64,000 nucleotides of DNA, from assembly GCA_963796275.1 (NCBI GenBank), contig CAWCKY010000006.1, positions 1 through 64,000 on the forward strand, in the 5' to 3' direction. Below the pieces are notes generated by a model. It ran no database searches. It saw only the letters and a program-made list of their open reading frames with translations, and was not told where the DNA came from. The first letter of the stretch is position 1. Each line of letters begins with the position of its first letter. Of the stretch, positions 30,680 to 41,265 are shown one piece after another. A program made the translations under genes and the position numbers. Source of the DNA: an uncultured Acidobacteriota bacterium (GTDB lineage: Bacteria > Acidobacteriota > Blastocatellia > RBC074).

Positions 30680-32799
30680 ATATGCCTGGTAGCGGAAAGC
30701 CGGAGACGCGGCCAGAGCCCGAGCAGGAGGTGTGACCGGATAGGCACCTTCACATCCACCCGGGTACCGGATCCCGGCGCGCTTTTGACTGTCAACGTGG
30801 CCGAAATACTTTCCGCCCTTTTGCGCATTCCCAATATGCCGAATCCTGTGTAGTGACTGTCCGCGATAAAACCTTGACCGTCGTCTTCGACGGACAGGCA
30901 GATGGATTCGCGCGACCGCTGCAGACTGATGCGGATCGCGCCAGGGGCCGCATGGCGGATTGAATTTGCAATCGCTTCCTGCCCGATCAGATAAAGCGTG
31001 TCTTTGATGCGAGGCGGCACGGTCTGGCCGCCATCGGCGCCATCCGCTTCGACTGTTACGTTCCCGTTCTTGACCATCCGCTCGGCGCACTCACGGAGAG
31101 CCAGAAGGAGGCAGGTTGGCCCGAGCGATTTCGGACGCAGGCTGGCAATGCTGCGACGCGCTTCTCCATGGCTGGTCCGCGCCATGGAAATCGCCAGGTC
31201 GACCTGGCTCTCGAGGAGTTCGGCGCCGTGGGGCACGCTGTTACGTATAGCCTGAAGTTGAAAACCGATTCCGGCGAAGCTCTGCGCGAGCGTGTCATGA
31301 ATTTCGTTTGCGAGACGTTCGCGCTCTTCGGCAACCGCGCGGAGGCGCCAATGCTTCGCCAGAAGATACAGATGGTTGAGGATGAAGATCAGGGTAAGAC
31401 AGGCCAGAGACGCCAAAATCAAGGTAGAAGGCCGCCACCAGGGCGGCCCGGCCATAACCTCTACATCTTCGGCTGATCGCACGAGGATGACGAACGGATC
31501 GGCCTCCTTATTGAATCGGGCGTCTATAACTGAAACGCCTCTCAGGCGAAGCCGGCTCTCTTGGGCGAGGTGCTGGAGCAGCGACCGGCTGCGACCTGGG
31601 GGTAGAATTGCGCGAAACGATTGTGTCCCTGCATCAAGCTCCAATGTGAGGGCGTCGTCTTTCCCCTCGGATATCGTTCGGAGATAGCCCTCGACCTGTA
31701 CAAACCTACTATCATACAAACCCTCCGCGATTTGATTCGCGGCGATAACCGCTGGAGATACAGGCACAGACTCTCGAAGCAGACGGAATCGGGCCTTACG
31801 GATTACGGGACTGAATTTATCGAGAGCGACTTCTCCCGTGACTTCCACCTCATCGCCGATTTTGAGCCCCGTTGCGTTCTTGGATGCGTCGTCGAGTTGG
31901 ATCTCAACGCCGCCGGTGGAGTCCTGGACATAGATCGCCGGTCTGATCAGGACCACAGATCCGCGGACCGAGGCCAGAGGCGACCCGAACGGAGGTAGAT
32001 ACAATAAGGAGCGTATAGTGTGAACCGGGGCGGATGGCGGCCGGTCGCCGCCCGGTTGAGTTCTACCGCGTAGCCCCGCCGCTTGCGGCAACGCACGCTG
32101 GAACGTAGCGGCGGCGGGAGGATCCATAGTTTGAGCCGCCGCGACCGAATCGACAGGCGCCACCCTGACATTACGCCAAATACCGCCCGTGCCGTTCGAA
32201 CGAAGAGCAATGGCGCCTGATCTAAAGCAATCCGGGTCGTTCAGGGGCGCAGTTTTGATCTCGCCCATACCTTCGGCTGAAGCGTACGCAGTGATCTGGC
32301 AGCCATCGACTTTCAGTTTGACGTGGTACCAGCGAAATGGACGAACCTGATCGGGTAGGACGACTCTGGCCGCTTCGTGATATGCAAAGTCGAACGCGCC
32401 CAAAACGAGGCTATTATCAACGGTTCGGACGCCGAGAAAATAGCCTTTAAAGGAATTCTCGCCCATTTCGGCCTCACTCACTCGGGCCAGGACTCCCACG
32501 CTCCCCTCGCCCAGGAGTTGGACATCGGCCTCCACGATGTAGTCTTTCCAGTTCCGCGATCCAGTCAGCAGTTTGGCGCCGCGATCATTGGCGTCATTGC
32601 GCATGACGCCTTCGACGACTTCCCATGTGCCGCCCAGCGCGGTCCAGCGATCCTCTTCGTCCGGCGTGAACCGGGCGTAGTAAGGAAGACCGTAGCCGGG
32701 ACTGTTGATATACAGATGCCTTCCGCCGATGATTCCCACGGTCAGGATGGATAACGCCATCGTAGAAATAACCAGATTGCGCTGAGAGCTCCGCTTCAT
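30676..32799 (-). CDS. Sensor histidine kinase (DUF1080-like periplasmic domain, OB-fold-like repeats, HisKA_3/HATPase)
   Basis: ERERLANEIHDTLAQ, QEAIANSIRHA, DDGQGF, GFGILGM; N-terminal TM and W..GGTW..WKDY domain. Confidence 0.88.
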   Translation of the reverse strand: MKRSSQRNLVISTMALSILTVGIIGGRHLYINSPGYGLPYYARFTPDEEDRWTALGGTWEVVEGVMRNDANDRGAKLLTGSRNWKDYIVEADVQLLGEGSVGVLARVSEAEMGENSFKGYFLGVRTVDNSLVLGAFDFAYHEAARVVLPDQVRPFRWYHVKLKVDGCQITAYASAEGMGEIKTAPLNDPDCFRSGAIALRSNGTGGIWRNVRVAPVDSVAAAQTMDPPAAATFQRALPQAAGLRGRTQPGGDRPPSAPVHTIRSLLYLPPFGSPLASVRGSVVLIRPAIYVQDSTGGVEIQLDDASKNATGLKIGDEVEVTGEVALDKFSPVIRKARFRLLRESVPVSPAVIAANQIAEGLYDSRFVQVEGYLRTISEGKDDALTLELDAGTQSFRAILPPGRSRSLLQHLAQESRLRLRGVSVIDARFNKEADPFVILVRSAEDVEVMAGPPWWRPSTLILASLACLTLIFILNHLYLLAKHWRLRAVAEERERLANEIHDTLAQSFAGIGFQLQAIRNSVPHGAELLESQVDLAISMARTSHGEARRSIASLRPKSLGPTCLLLALRECAERMVKNGNVTVEADGADGGQTVPPRIKDTLYLIGQEAIANSIRHAAPGAIRISLQRSRESICLSVEDDGQGFIADSHYTGFGILGMRKRAESISATLTVKSAPGSGTRVDVKVPIRSHLLLGLWPRLRLSATRHI

Positions 32800-32806
32800 G
32801 AGATCG

Positions 32807-33784
32807 TCACCTTGGAAAACTTGTAAAGAGACTCGCTTCGGCAGAATTGAAATTCTGCTTCGTGATCAGCAGTGGAGGCGTCACAGACTTCGCGGGAATC
32901 GGCTTTCCGGCCCAGGACGCCGAGATGAGTTCAACGGCGTCGTGGCCCATGCGATACGTGTTTTCCGCTGCGATAGCCGCAATTTCTCCTGCGCCGACAT
33001 AACCTATCAGATCGGAATCCTGCTCACAGCCGACGAGAGGGATCGCCTTTTGCAGCGACCGGCTCTTAAGGGCCGCGTAGGCCCCCCGCGTGGAGACGGC
33101 GGTAAAACTCAAAATGGCCTTCAACTCAGGATGCGAATCCATTACGCCATCGGTAAGCTCTTCCACGCTCGCGGCGTTGTAGGCCCCGCCTCTACGACTC
33201 ACAATGCGGATTTCCGGGAAACGGCCGGCCAGTAAACGTTCGGCGCCGCGCGCCCTCTGCATAACGCCCGGCGCGTAGGGCGTAAGCCCGACCAGCGCAA
33301 TGGAGCCTTTGCCGTGAATGAGCCTCGCGATTTCGGCGGCGGCAATCTCCCCCATCTTTTCGTCGTCATTCACGATATAACCGAGCTTGTCGCTGGCGGG
33401 GAAGTCCAGGGGAGCCGAGACGACAACCACATGCAGTCCCGCCGCGAGTGCGCGCCGCAAAGGCGCCAGGATCGCGCGTGAGTGGTTGGGCGCCAGGATC
33501 AGCCCCTGGTAATTGCCGCCGGTGACCCTGTCGATCAGCATGACCTGGCCCGCCACATCGTTTTCCGATGTCGGGGCGTTCCAGTAGAGGTGACACTTCA
33601 GTCTTTCCGCCGCCGTCTTGGCGCCGAGATGCTCCACTTCCCAAAGCATGGCGCCCGTGGTCTGCGGTACAACCGCAATGGTCGGAACCGCCGGAAGGCG
33701 GCGCGACCGTATCCAATATGCGCCACCTCCCAGTATTGTGAGGAGGATGACGCCCGTCACCCAGGCCGAAACTCGCACAGTCAT
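32807..33784 (-). CDS. Periplasmic sugar-binding protein (RbsB/LacI-like), membrane anchored
   Basis: TIAVVPQ..W..GAK; GLILAP; MG..AV; LITKQN. Confidence 0.85.
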   Translation of the reverse strand: MTVRVSAWVTGVILLTILGGGAYWIRSRRLPAVPTIAVVPQTTGAMLWEVEHLGAKTAAERLKCHLYWNAPTSENDVAGQVMLIDRVTGGNYQGLILAPNHSRAILAPLRRALAAGLHVVVVSAPLDFPASDKLGYIVNDDEKMGEIAAAEIARLIHGKGSIALVGLTPYAPGVMQRARGAERLLAGRFPEIRIVSRRGGAYNAASVEELTDGVMDSHPELKAILSFTAVSTRGAYAALKSRSLQKAIPLVGCEQDSDLIGYVGAGEIAAIAAENTYRMGHDAVELISASWAGKPIPAKSVTPPLLITKQNFNSAEASLFTSFPR

Positions 33785-34094
33785 AACAACTTCAGCGGAT
33801 AAGGCCCTCTTTGTTGCGGGTAAACTCGAACAATATCCCGGATTCAGCCGGCGCCCGCATGGTTCAAATGAACTATGCGCTTATGGTTGCTCTGACGCAT
33901 TGCCCGCAATGTCGAGGTTTGATAAATGTACTGCAATAAAAATTGTAGTTTTACAAAATTCTAACAGCCTTTAGAGACTCAATCAATATTGGCAATGGCA
34001 ATTCCTTGGACCTTGTTCAGTCCTTGTGAGCGATCGGATCGCGCGTAAACATCGAACGACCGGACGGAACGAGAGCCATACCTAGCGCTCAGAG

Positions 34095-37000
34095 ATGATT
34101 ATGAAATTAAGCAACCTTATCCCTCTTATGTTTCTGTTGTTGACGCCTGGCGCGTGGCTGTACGCGCAGGACCGAGGAACCATCACTGGTCAGGTGGTTG
34201 ACGCCTCCGGGGCCATCATGCCGGATGCCAAGGTCACGCTGATCAATCCCTCCACCGGTCAGATAATCATGGCGGAGACAAATACGGAAGGCGCCTACAC
34301 CTTCCTCTCGCTGACCGCTGGCCGCTACGAAGTCGTCGCTGAAAAAGCAGGGTTCCGCAAGGCGCAAGCTCCCAACGTCCTCGTGCAGGTGAGCACTACC
34401 ACGCGCCTCGACATTCGGCTGGAATTGGGCGAGGTGGCGGAAACGGTTCAGATAGAATCTTCCACTCCGCTGCTGCAAACTGACCGCAGCGACCTGGGGA
34501 CAGTAGTGGATAACAAAGCCATTCAACAGTTGCCCCTGTTTATCAATGGCGGCTTGCGCAGCAACCTGGCGTTCACCAGCCTCGCCCCAGGCGTCACGAT
34601 GAATTTGCAAAACGACCCTGACAGCGTCGGCGGCGCGCCCCGCATCGCGGGCGGCCAGGCCAATGGCGCCAGCCTCCTCCTTGACGGCGGCGAATCAATG
34701 AGCGAGCGACGCAACGACCCGCAAATGCGCGTGGTCAGCGCCGAAGCCGTGGAGGAGTTCAAGGTGCAAACTTCCGCCTACTCCGCCGAATTCGGCCGTT
34801 CTTCCAATGGCGTGCTCAACTACACTACCAAGTCCGGAACCAACGGGCTGCACGGCTCCGCGATGGTCCAACTGCGCCACGAGAATCTGAACGCCGAGGG
34901 CTTCTTCTGGGGAGCGCGCGGCCAGTCCGTTCAACGCCAGCACGTGGAAGCCGTGAGTCTCGGCGGTCCGGTCTATATCCCGAAAGTGTATGACGGCCGC
35001 AACAAGACCTTCTTCTTCTTCGCGGGCGAGCGTTCACGCGCCAAAAACTCCAGCAGCACGGACCTGATCTCGCTGCCGATCGCGGAGTTCCGCAACGGCG
35101 ACTTCAGCCGCTACACCAACGCCGCCGGACAGATGGTTCCGTTGTACGACCCGCTCGATGCCAACGGTAACGTGATCGCCACCGCCGCCGACCGCAAGCC
35201 CATGCAATGCAACGGTGTTCCGAACGTCATTTGTCCGGAACGCATTGACGGGGTGGCGAAAGCGATCTTGGCCGAACTGCCTATGCCAGATAATCCTTCG
35301 ACCGTTTTCAACAACACGCGCGCGATCAACAACGGCTCGCGGACGCCTGGAGCGTGGCAGGGCGTTTACTCGATCAAGGGCGACCACGCCGTGAACGACA
35401 AACTGCGCGTGAGCGGGATGTTCAGTAAACAGTATTTTGACAGCTACCCTCTTCAGGGACCAATTCCCGGTCCGCTGGCAGAAGCCTTCCAGGAGTTCGG
35501 GCATATCCGTTACTGGCGCTTCAACGGCGATTACGTCATCAAGCCGAATCTATTGAACCACGCCACCTTCGCGGTCAACCAGCGCAAACTCGGCGAAGGA
35601 CCGAACCTGGGATTGTCTGACTCCTACCGGGCGACCACCTTGTTGCCGGGCTTGGACGGGTCCGGTGCAGAGAAGGCCCCGAATTACACCAAGTACAACA
35701 CGGAGTTCGGCAATTACGGCGGCCACGTCTTTACGGAGTCTCCCAGTCGCACCATCAATTTCAGCGATCACCTGTCGTGGGTCAAAGGGCGTCATAATCT
35801 CAAGTTCGGCTTTACCTATATGGATGTGAGTTATCGGCGCCTCGACTGCAACAACTGCGCCGGCTCCCTGAACTACAGCGCCGCGGCGACCGGAAACCCC
35901 AGTGTGGACGGGCAGACCGGCATCTCGTACGCGGCCTTTTTGTTGGGATTGCCGAGCGGCGGCTCTTTCAATTTCGGCGCCGACATCGACTTCCGATACA
36001 AGTACTACGCCGGGTACATTCAGGACGACTTCAAGCTCTCGAGCAAGCTCACCGTCAACGTGGGTCTACGCTACGACATTAGCATTCCGCGCCGGGAAGC
36101 GCGCTTGCAGAACAGCAACTTCAATCCGAACATCCCGAATCCGGCCGCTGGCGGCCTGCTTGGCGCCCTCGAATTCGCGAGCGAGGACAACCCGGTGCTC
36201 CTCGACGTTCGCAAAAACGCTTTCGCTCCACGACTGGGTTTTGCTTATCAACTCAACAGCAAGACGGTCATTCGCGGCGGCGGCGCGATCATGTGGGATA
36301 TCATCCGTGAGGATGGCAACGCCGACAACGGAATCCAGGGTTTCGGTGGCGGCTTCGGCTCGACCTCGAACGCGCTGTCAAACGGCATCGCCTTCACGCA
36401 GAAAAACGGCTTGAATGATTTCCGCACGTTGGTCGAAAGCCAGCGTCCGCCCCGCATAGATCCGGGCCTGGGCGTCAACGGCAGCGTGACTTACAAACTG
36501 CCTGAATCCGGCAAGCCTGGGTATTACACCGACTACAACCTGACGGTTGAGCACAGCTTCACGCCTTCGACCGTGCTGAGAGCCAGTTTCCACGCCAACT
36601 ACGGCATCAATATTTTTCAGAGCGGCATTGATTACAACCAGCTCGACCCTAAGTATTTCGCGATCTATGGTTCGTTGCTCACGAGCCCGATCAACCGGGT
36701 CATCAACGACCCGATCGTCGTCGCGTCAGGGTTCAAGTTGCCATATCCGAACTTCCCGCAGACGCTGCAACTACAGCAGGCGCTGCGCCCGTTTCCGCAA
36801 TACAGCGGCTTCGGCGCTGTGGCTTCGCAGGCTGGTCACAGCACATACAATGCTCTGGAAGTCAGTTTCCAGAAGCGTTATTCCAGGGGACTCTGGCTGA
36901 TGACTTCTTATACGTTCTCCAAAACCCTGGTCAGCCAGAACGGCCAGAACATTTACGACGCAATTACCGAGAAGGTCGTCAGCAACGCCAATCGTCCTCA

Positions 37001-37559
37001 TGTCTACACGCTGGGCTACGTGTATGAATTGCCGATCGGCAGGGGCAGGGCCATCGGCGCCAATTTGCATCCGGCTCTCAACGCCTTTATAGGCGGATGG
37101 AGTGTTTCTGCCGTTCATCGTTATCAGAGCGGGACGCCCATCGGCGTCGGCGGCTGCAGCCAGACCATGGCGGGCGCGGGCGCGGCGCGTTGCAGCTATA
37201 TTCCGGGGCAGCCGCTGCTGAATCCGGACTTCAACCCTAAGGATCCGAACAGCCCTTACCTCAACAAGGCCGCTTTCGTACAGCCGGCCAACTTCACTTA
37301 TGGCAACGTGCCGGCGGTGATTCCGAATCTTTATCAGCCGGGGCAATTGGGCGAGGACGTCGCCGCCAGTAAGAGCTTTAAATTCGGTAAAAACGAGACA
37401 AACAGCGTCGAGTTGCGCGCCTCGGCCTTCAACGTCGCCAATCGTCATTTATTGGGAGGCCTGAATACGAATATTAACAACGCGACCTTCGGTATGTTTT
37501 CGAATCCGCAGTCGAACTTGCCGCGCAATCTGCAATTCAGCTTGCGTGTGAGCTTCTAG
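34095..37559 (+). CDS. TonB-dependent receptor (Oar-like)
   Basis: QDRGTITGQVVD, VEEFKVQT, KSGTN, FAPRLG; C-terminal PRNLQFSLRVSF. Confidence 0.93.
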   Translation: MIMKLSNLIPLMFLLLTPGAWLYAQDRGTITGQVVDASGAIMPDAKVTLINPSTGQIIMAETNTEGAYTFLSLTAGRYEVVAEKAGFRKAQAPNVLVQVSTTTRLDIRLELGEVAETVQIESSTPLLQTDRSDLGTVVDNKAIQQLPLFINGGLRSNLAFTSLAPGVTMNLQNDPDSVGGAPRIAGGQANGASLLLDGGESMSERRNDPQMRVVSAEAVEEFKVQTSAYSAEFGRSSNGVLNYTTKSGTNGLHGSAMVQLRHENLNAEGFFWGARGQSVQRQHVEAVSLGGPVYIPKVYDGRNKTFFFFAGERSRAKNSSSTDLISLPIAEFRNGDFSRYTNAAGQMVPLYDPLDANGNVIATAADRKPMQCNGVPNVICPERIDGVAKAILAELPMPDNPSTVFNNTRAINNGSRTPGAWQGVYSIKGDHAVNDKLRVSGMFSKQYFDSYPLQGPIPGPLAEAFQEFGHIRYWRFNGDYVIKPNLLNHATFAVNQRKLGEGPNLGLSDSYRATTLLPGLDGSGAEKAPNYTKYNTEFGNYGGHVFTESPSRTINFSDHLSWVKGRHNLKFGFTYMDVSYRRLDCNNCAGSLNYSAAATGNPSVDGQTGISYAAFLLGLPSGGSFNFGADIDFRYKYYAGYIQDDFKLSSKLTVNVGLRYDISIPRREARLQNSNFNPNIPNPAAGGLLGALEFASEDNPVLLDVRKNAFAPRLGFAYQLNSKTVIRGGGAIMWDIIREDGNADNGIQGFGGGFGSTSNALSNGIAFTQKNGLNDFRTLVESQRPPRIDPGLGVNGSVTYKLPESGKPGYYTDYNLTVEHSFTPSTVLRASFHANYGINIFQSGIDYNQLDPKYFAIYGSLLTSPINRVINDPIVVASGFKLPYPNFPQTLQLQQALRPFPQYSGFGAVASQAGHSTYNALEVSFQKRYSRGLWLMTSYTFSKTLVSQNGQNIYDAITEKVVSNANRPHVYTLGYVYELPIGRGRAIGANLHPALNAFIGGWSVSAVHRYQSGTPIGVGGCSQTMAGAGAARCSYIPGQPLLNPDFNPKDPNSPYLNKAAFVQPANFTYGNVPAVIPNLYQPGQLGEDVAASKSFKFGKNETNSVELRASAFNVANRHLLGGLNTNINNATFGMFSNPQSNLPRNLQFSLRVSF

Positions 37560-37587
37560 CCCTTAGGGGGCGCGGCTGGAGAGAAGG

Positions 37588-37657
37588 ACCACGGATTCTA
37601 CGATGCGACGGATCGATGCGGATTATCCGTAACCGTCGCATCCGTAAAATCCGTGGT
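37588..37657. repeat. REP-like intergenic hairpin
   Basis: ACCACGGATT..GATGCGACGG / CCGTCGCATC..AATCCGTGGT. Confidence 0.55.
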
Positions 37658-37682
37658 TCCTGATTTTTCAACCACATTTACC

Positions 37683-38930
37683 ATGATGATACGAATTCTG
37701 GCTTCACTCTTATTAGCCGTATCGGCTTGGACCGCCGCATCTGTCGCGCCCGCGGAAGAGTACTTCCCAAAGCCCGACAGCGAAGGCGGCTGGCGCGCGC
37801 TGAAAGACGCCACCGCGATCAGGAAAACCGCGGGGATGGATATAAAAAAGCTCGACCAGGCCTTCGAATACGCCTTCCGCAGCAGCCAACACGGCGGCTT
37901 GCTGGTGGCGCGGCGCGGATGGTTGGTTTATGAGCGTTATTACGGCCGTGGTAACCGCGAAGCCAACCCGGCGAGCGCTTCCGTTGGCAAGGCGTATACC
38001 AGCATCGCCTGCGGCATTATGCTGGCCGAGAAGAAAGACCAGATTCCTGAAGGCCTCGATACCAAGGTCTTCAACGCCAGGTACCTGCCGGAAGCCATGC
38101 CTCTGGATGACCCGGCGAAGGCTGACATCACCCTGGGCCAGTTGCTGTCGATGTCCGCAGGACTGCATGGCGAGGGCAGCAATCCAGGTTTTGTGAATGG
38201 AGTCCCGTCCGTCAAACTTACTCCACTGCCGCGTCCCGCGATGCCGTTGGGGCAGGACCTGACGGCCCTGCGCACTCCTCTCTGGACAAAACCCGGCGGC
38301 GGTTACTCTTACGCTTCCGCTTCACCCCATGTGGCTTCTATCGTCCTGCGCAACCTGACGGGCATGGAACTGCATGAGTACATCGATCAGCGTTTAGCGA
38401 AACCGCTCGGCTGGGGACAATGGGCGTGGGCCCGGCGGCGCGGCGAGAATGTGCTGCCTCATACGCCAGGCGGCGCAGACATCGCTTTGCGTTCGACCGA
38501 TCATTTGCGTTTCCTCTATGCCATCCTGAAGAAAGGCCGCTGGGGGAAAAAGCAGGTGATTCCGGCCGACTATATTGAATTGTGCGGCAAACCGACCAAG
38601 TGGAATACCCATGCGCCCATGAGCCTTATGTGGGAAAATAACGCCGACGGCCATGTCGCCGGCGCGCCTCGGGACGCTTTCTTTAAATCCGGCGGCGGCG
38701 GTCACGGCGTCATCGTGATTCCCTCGCTCGACATGGTGATTTATAAGATGGCGGGTGATGACGGGCAATACGATCCAGCGCGCACCGGCCTCAGGCAGGA
38801 CTACCCTTACGATGGCTCGCGCGATGGGTGGAAACCCCCGCCGCGCAGCCAGTTCAACGACGGCCCCATCGGCACGGATGACGGCGTCCGCCGAATCCTC
38901 GAAATGGTCGTCGCGGCGGTAATTGACTGA
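37683..38930 (+). CDS. Serine hydrolase, beta-lactamase class C-like, secreted
   Basis: SxxK (SVGK); LLSMSAG; PG..YSY; signal peptide. Confidence 0.85.
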   Translation: MMIRILASLLLAVSAWTAASVAPAEEYFPKPDSEGGWRALKDATAIRKTAGMDIKKLDQAFEYAFRSSQHGGLLVARRGWLVYERYYGRGNREANPASASVGKAYTSIACGIMLAEKKDQIPEGLDTKVFNARYLPEAMPLDDPAKADITLGQLLSMSAGLHGEGSNPGFVNGVPSVKLTPLPRPAMPLGQDLTALRTPLWTKPGGGYSYASASPHVASIVLRNLTGMELHEYIDQRLAKPLGWGQWAWARRRGENVLPHTPGGADIALRSTDHLRFLYAILKKGRWGKKQVIPADYIELCGKPTKWNTHAPMSLMWENNADGHVAGAPRDAFFKSGGGGHGVIVIPSLDMVIYKMAGDDGQYDPARTGLRQDYPYDGSRDGWKPPPRSQFNDGPIGTDDGVRRILEMVVAAVID

Positions 38931-38984
38931 TGGTCCGTAATCTTTGGCCCTCGTCGGCGTTATCTATATTTGGAGTAAATCCGA

Positions 38985-41263
38985 ATGCGCTTTAATCCCA
39001 AAATCCTCGTAGTTACACTGGCGGCCGCCGGCTTTATTGCCTATGCCGTCGACCAGCCGAAGAAGAAGGTCATGACCCCGCTTGGGAAGTCAGCGGTAAA
39101 AACACTCGCCAGGGCTTCCGCGCAGTCCCCTGGCAAAAAGCCCAAGCTGCCCGTGACGCCGTCGATAGAGGATTTCCCCGAACTTTGGTCCTTGCAGCCT
39201 CTGGCGCGTCCATCAGTTCCGGCAGTTCCGGCGGCCCCGGCCGGCAGCGTGAACCCGATCGACGCCTTCGTCCAGGCGCTGTACGTGGAAAAAAAGGTGA
39301 ACGCCGGTCGGCCCCGCTGACCAGCGCGCGCTGTTGCGACGCGTCTACTTGGATCTCATCGGCATTCCGCCCACGCCGGCCGAACAGGACGCTTATCTCA
39401 ACGACAAATCGCCCGACGCCTATGAAAAGCTGATCGACCGCCTTTTGGCCAGCGATCAATACGGCGTCCGCTATGCCCGCCATTGGCTCGATGTGCTGCG
39501 CTACGCCGACGCCGAAGAGCGCATGTACGCCGCGCCCGGGATTCATTATTGGCGTGATTGGGTGATCAACGCCGTCAACGCCGACGTCCCTTATGACCAG
39601 TTCGTCCGCGCTCAACTGACCGGCTATCGCACTACCGAACGCACCACGATGCAAGCCGTTGGCCGCCGCACTCGGCTGGAGCCCCGCCCCGACGACCTCT
39701 TTGCCCTCGGCTTCCTCGCGCGCGGCGCGGTCAACCGGGACAGCAAGGACCTGGGTGAACTCCAAATCGCTGCGGTCGAAACCGTATCCACGGCCTTTAT
39801 GGGGATGACTGTCGGCTGCGCCAAGTGCCACGACCACATGTTCGACCCGATCCGGCAGAAGGATTTCTACGCCATGAAGGCGCTTTTCGATCCGCTTGTG
39901 ATCAAGAAGCAGGTCCTGGCCACGCCGGCTGAAATGGTCGTTTACGGCAAGCAGATTGAGGAATACGACAAGCTTCGGCTTCCAATCGAAAAAACGATCG
40001 CGGATCTGATCGAGCCTTACCGCGCCAAACTCTACGCCGACCGCGTCGCCATGCTGCCCCCGGAGATCCAGGTCGTCATCAACAAAGCGGAGAAGAAACG
40101 CGCTCCGGCCGAACAAAAGATCGCCGACGACTATTTTCCCGTCCTCCGCATCGACCCGGACAAGATTGAAGAGGTCATGTCGGAGGCGGACAAGAAAGCC
40201 TATAAGGATCTACGCGGCCAATTGAACAAGCTGGGGGAGAAGAGGGGCCAAGATTTGCCGGCGTTCTGGACAGTGGAGGTGGATCGCGGGCTGGAACTCG
40301 AGAAGACGTACATTCTTACCAGCGGCGATCCGGAGCGGCCGGAAAAGGATCATCCCGTCGAGCCCGGCTGGCCTTTTTATGACGGCGAGAAAGATTTCCG
40401 CGAAGGCCGCGTCGACGCGTTCTCCGATTGGCTTACGGCGAAAGAGAATCCGCTTTTTGCCCGCGTGGCTGTCAATCGGCTGTGGCAGTGGCATTTCGGC
40501 GAGGGCTTGCAAAAATCGTCGAGCGATTTCGGCTTTTTGGGCGGCGTTCCGGTTAGTCAGCCGCTTCTCGATTGGCTCGCCTGCGAATTCATCGAGCGCG
40601 GCTACAGCCAAAAAGCGATGCATAAGCTGGTCATGACATCGAACGTCTATCGGCTGGCCAGCTCCGGCGACAACGAATTGATGAAGAAGAATATGGCGGC
40701 CGATCCTTTGGACCGCTTCCTCTGGCGCTTTCGTCTGCAGCGGCTGGAAGCCGAGCCGATCTGGGATTCGATCCTTTCGGCCGCGGGCAATCTCGATACG
40801 ACTCTGGGCGGGCCATCCTTCGATACCGAGCCTCGCAACCCGCGCGGTCGCGGCGTCGCGGTCAGGGCGGAAGCCAAGACGAACCGGCGCGGCGCATACA
40901 TCATTCGTGGTTTTTCCACCAGCCGTGATATTACGCCCAACTTCCTGCAATCTTTCGACGTCGACGACGGACGCGCTCCGTGTCCGGTGCGCACACAGAA
41001 CGGTCACTGCCCCGCAGGGCCTGTTCATGATGAACAGCACGGAGATCGAGAAGGCAACCACGATGTTCGCCGATCGCCTCAAGAAGGAAAGCGAAGGCGA
41101 CCTGGACAAAGCTGTGGATCTCGCCTATCGGATCGCGCTAAGCCGGCCACCTTCCGCCGGTGAAAAGGAAACCGCGCGGGCTTATCTGGGGGGCAATCCG
41201 GACCGGCTGAAGAACCTGGCCTGGTTGATTTTCAATTTAGACGAATTCATTTACGTCCAATAA
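38985..41263 (+). CDS. DUF1549/DUF1553 (PSCyt2/PSD1) domain protein; frameshifts near 39315 and 41000
   Basis: NPIDAF, RRVYLDLIGIPPT, WLDVLRYAD, CAKCHDH, ARVAVNRLWQWHFG, RLEAE. Confidence 0.88.
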
Positions 41264-41265
41264 AT

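Noticed and set aside
30680-31090. N-terminal extension of the response regulator in the ORF track
   Set aside because: Overlaps the kinase C-terminus; the real start is the ATG at 30679, coupled to the kinase stop
33984-33995. A seventh copy of the palindrome (TCAATATTGG)
   Set aside because: Only the AT core matches; the outer GT/AC bases and conserved flanks are absent
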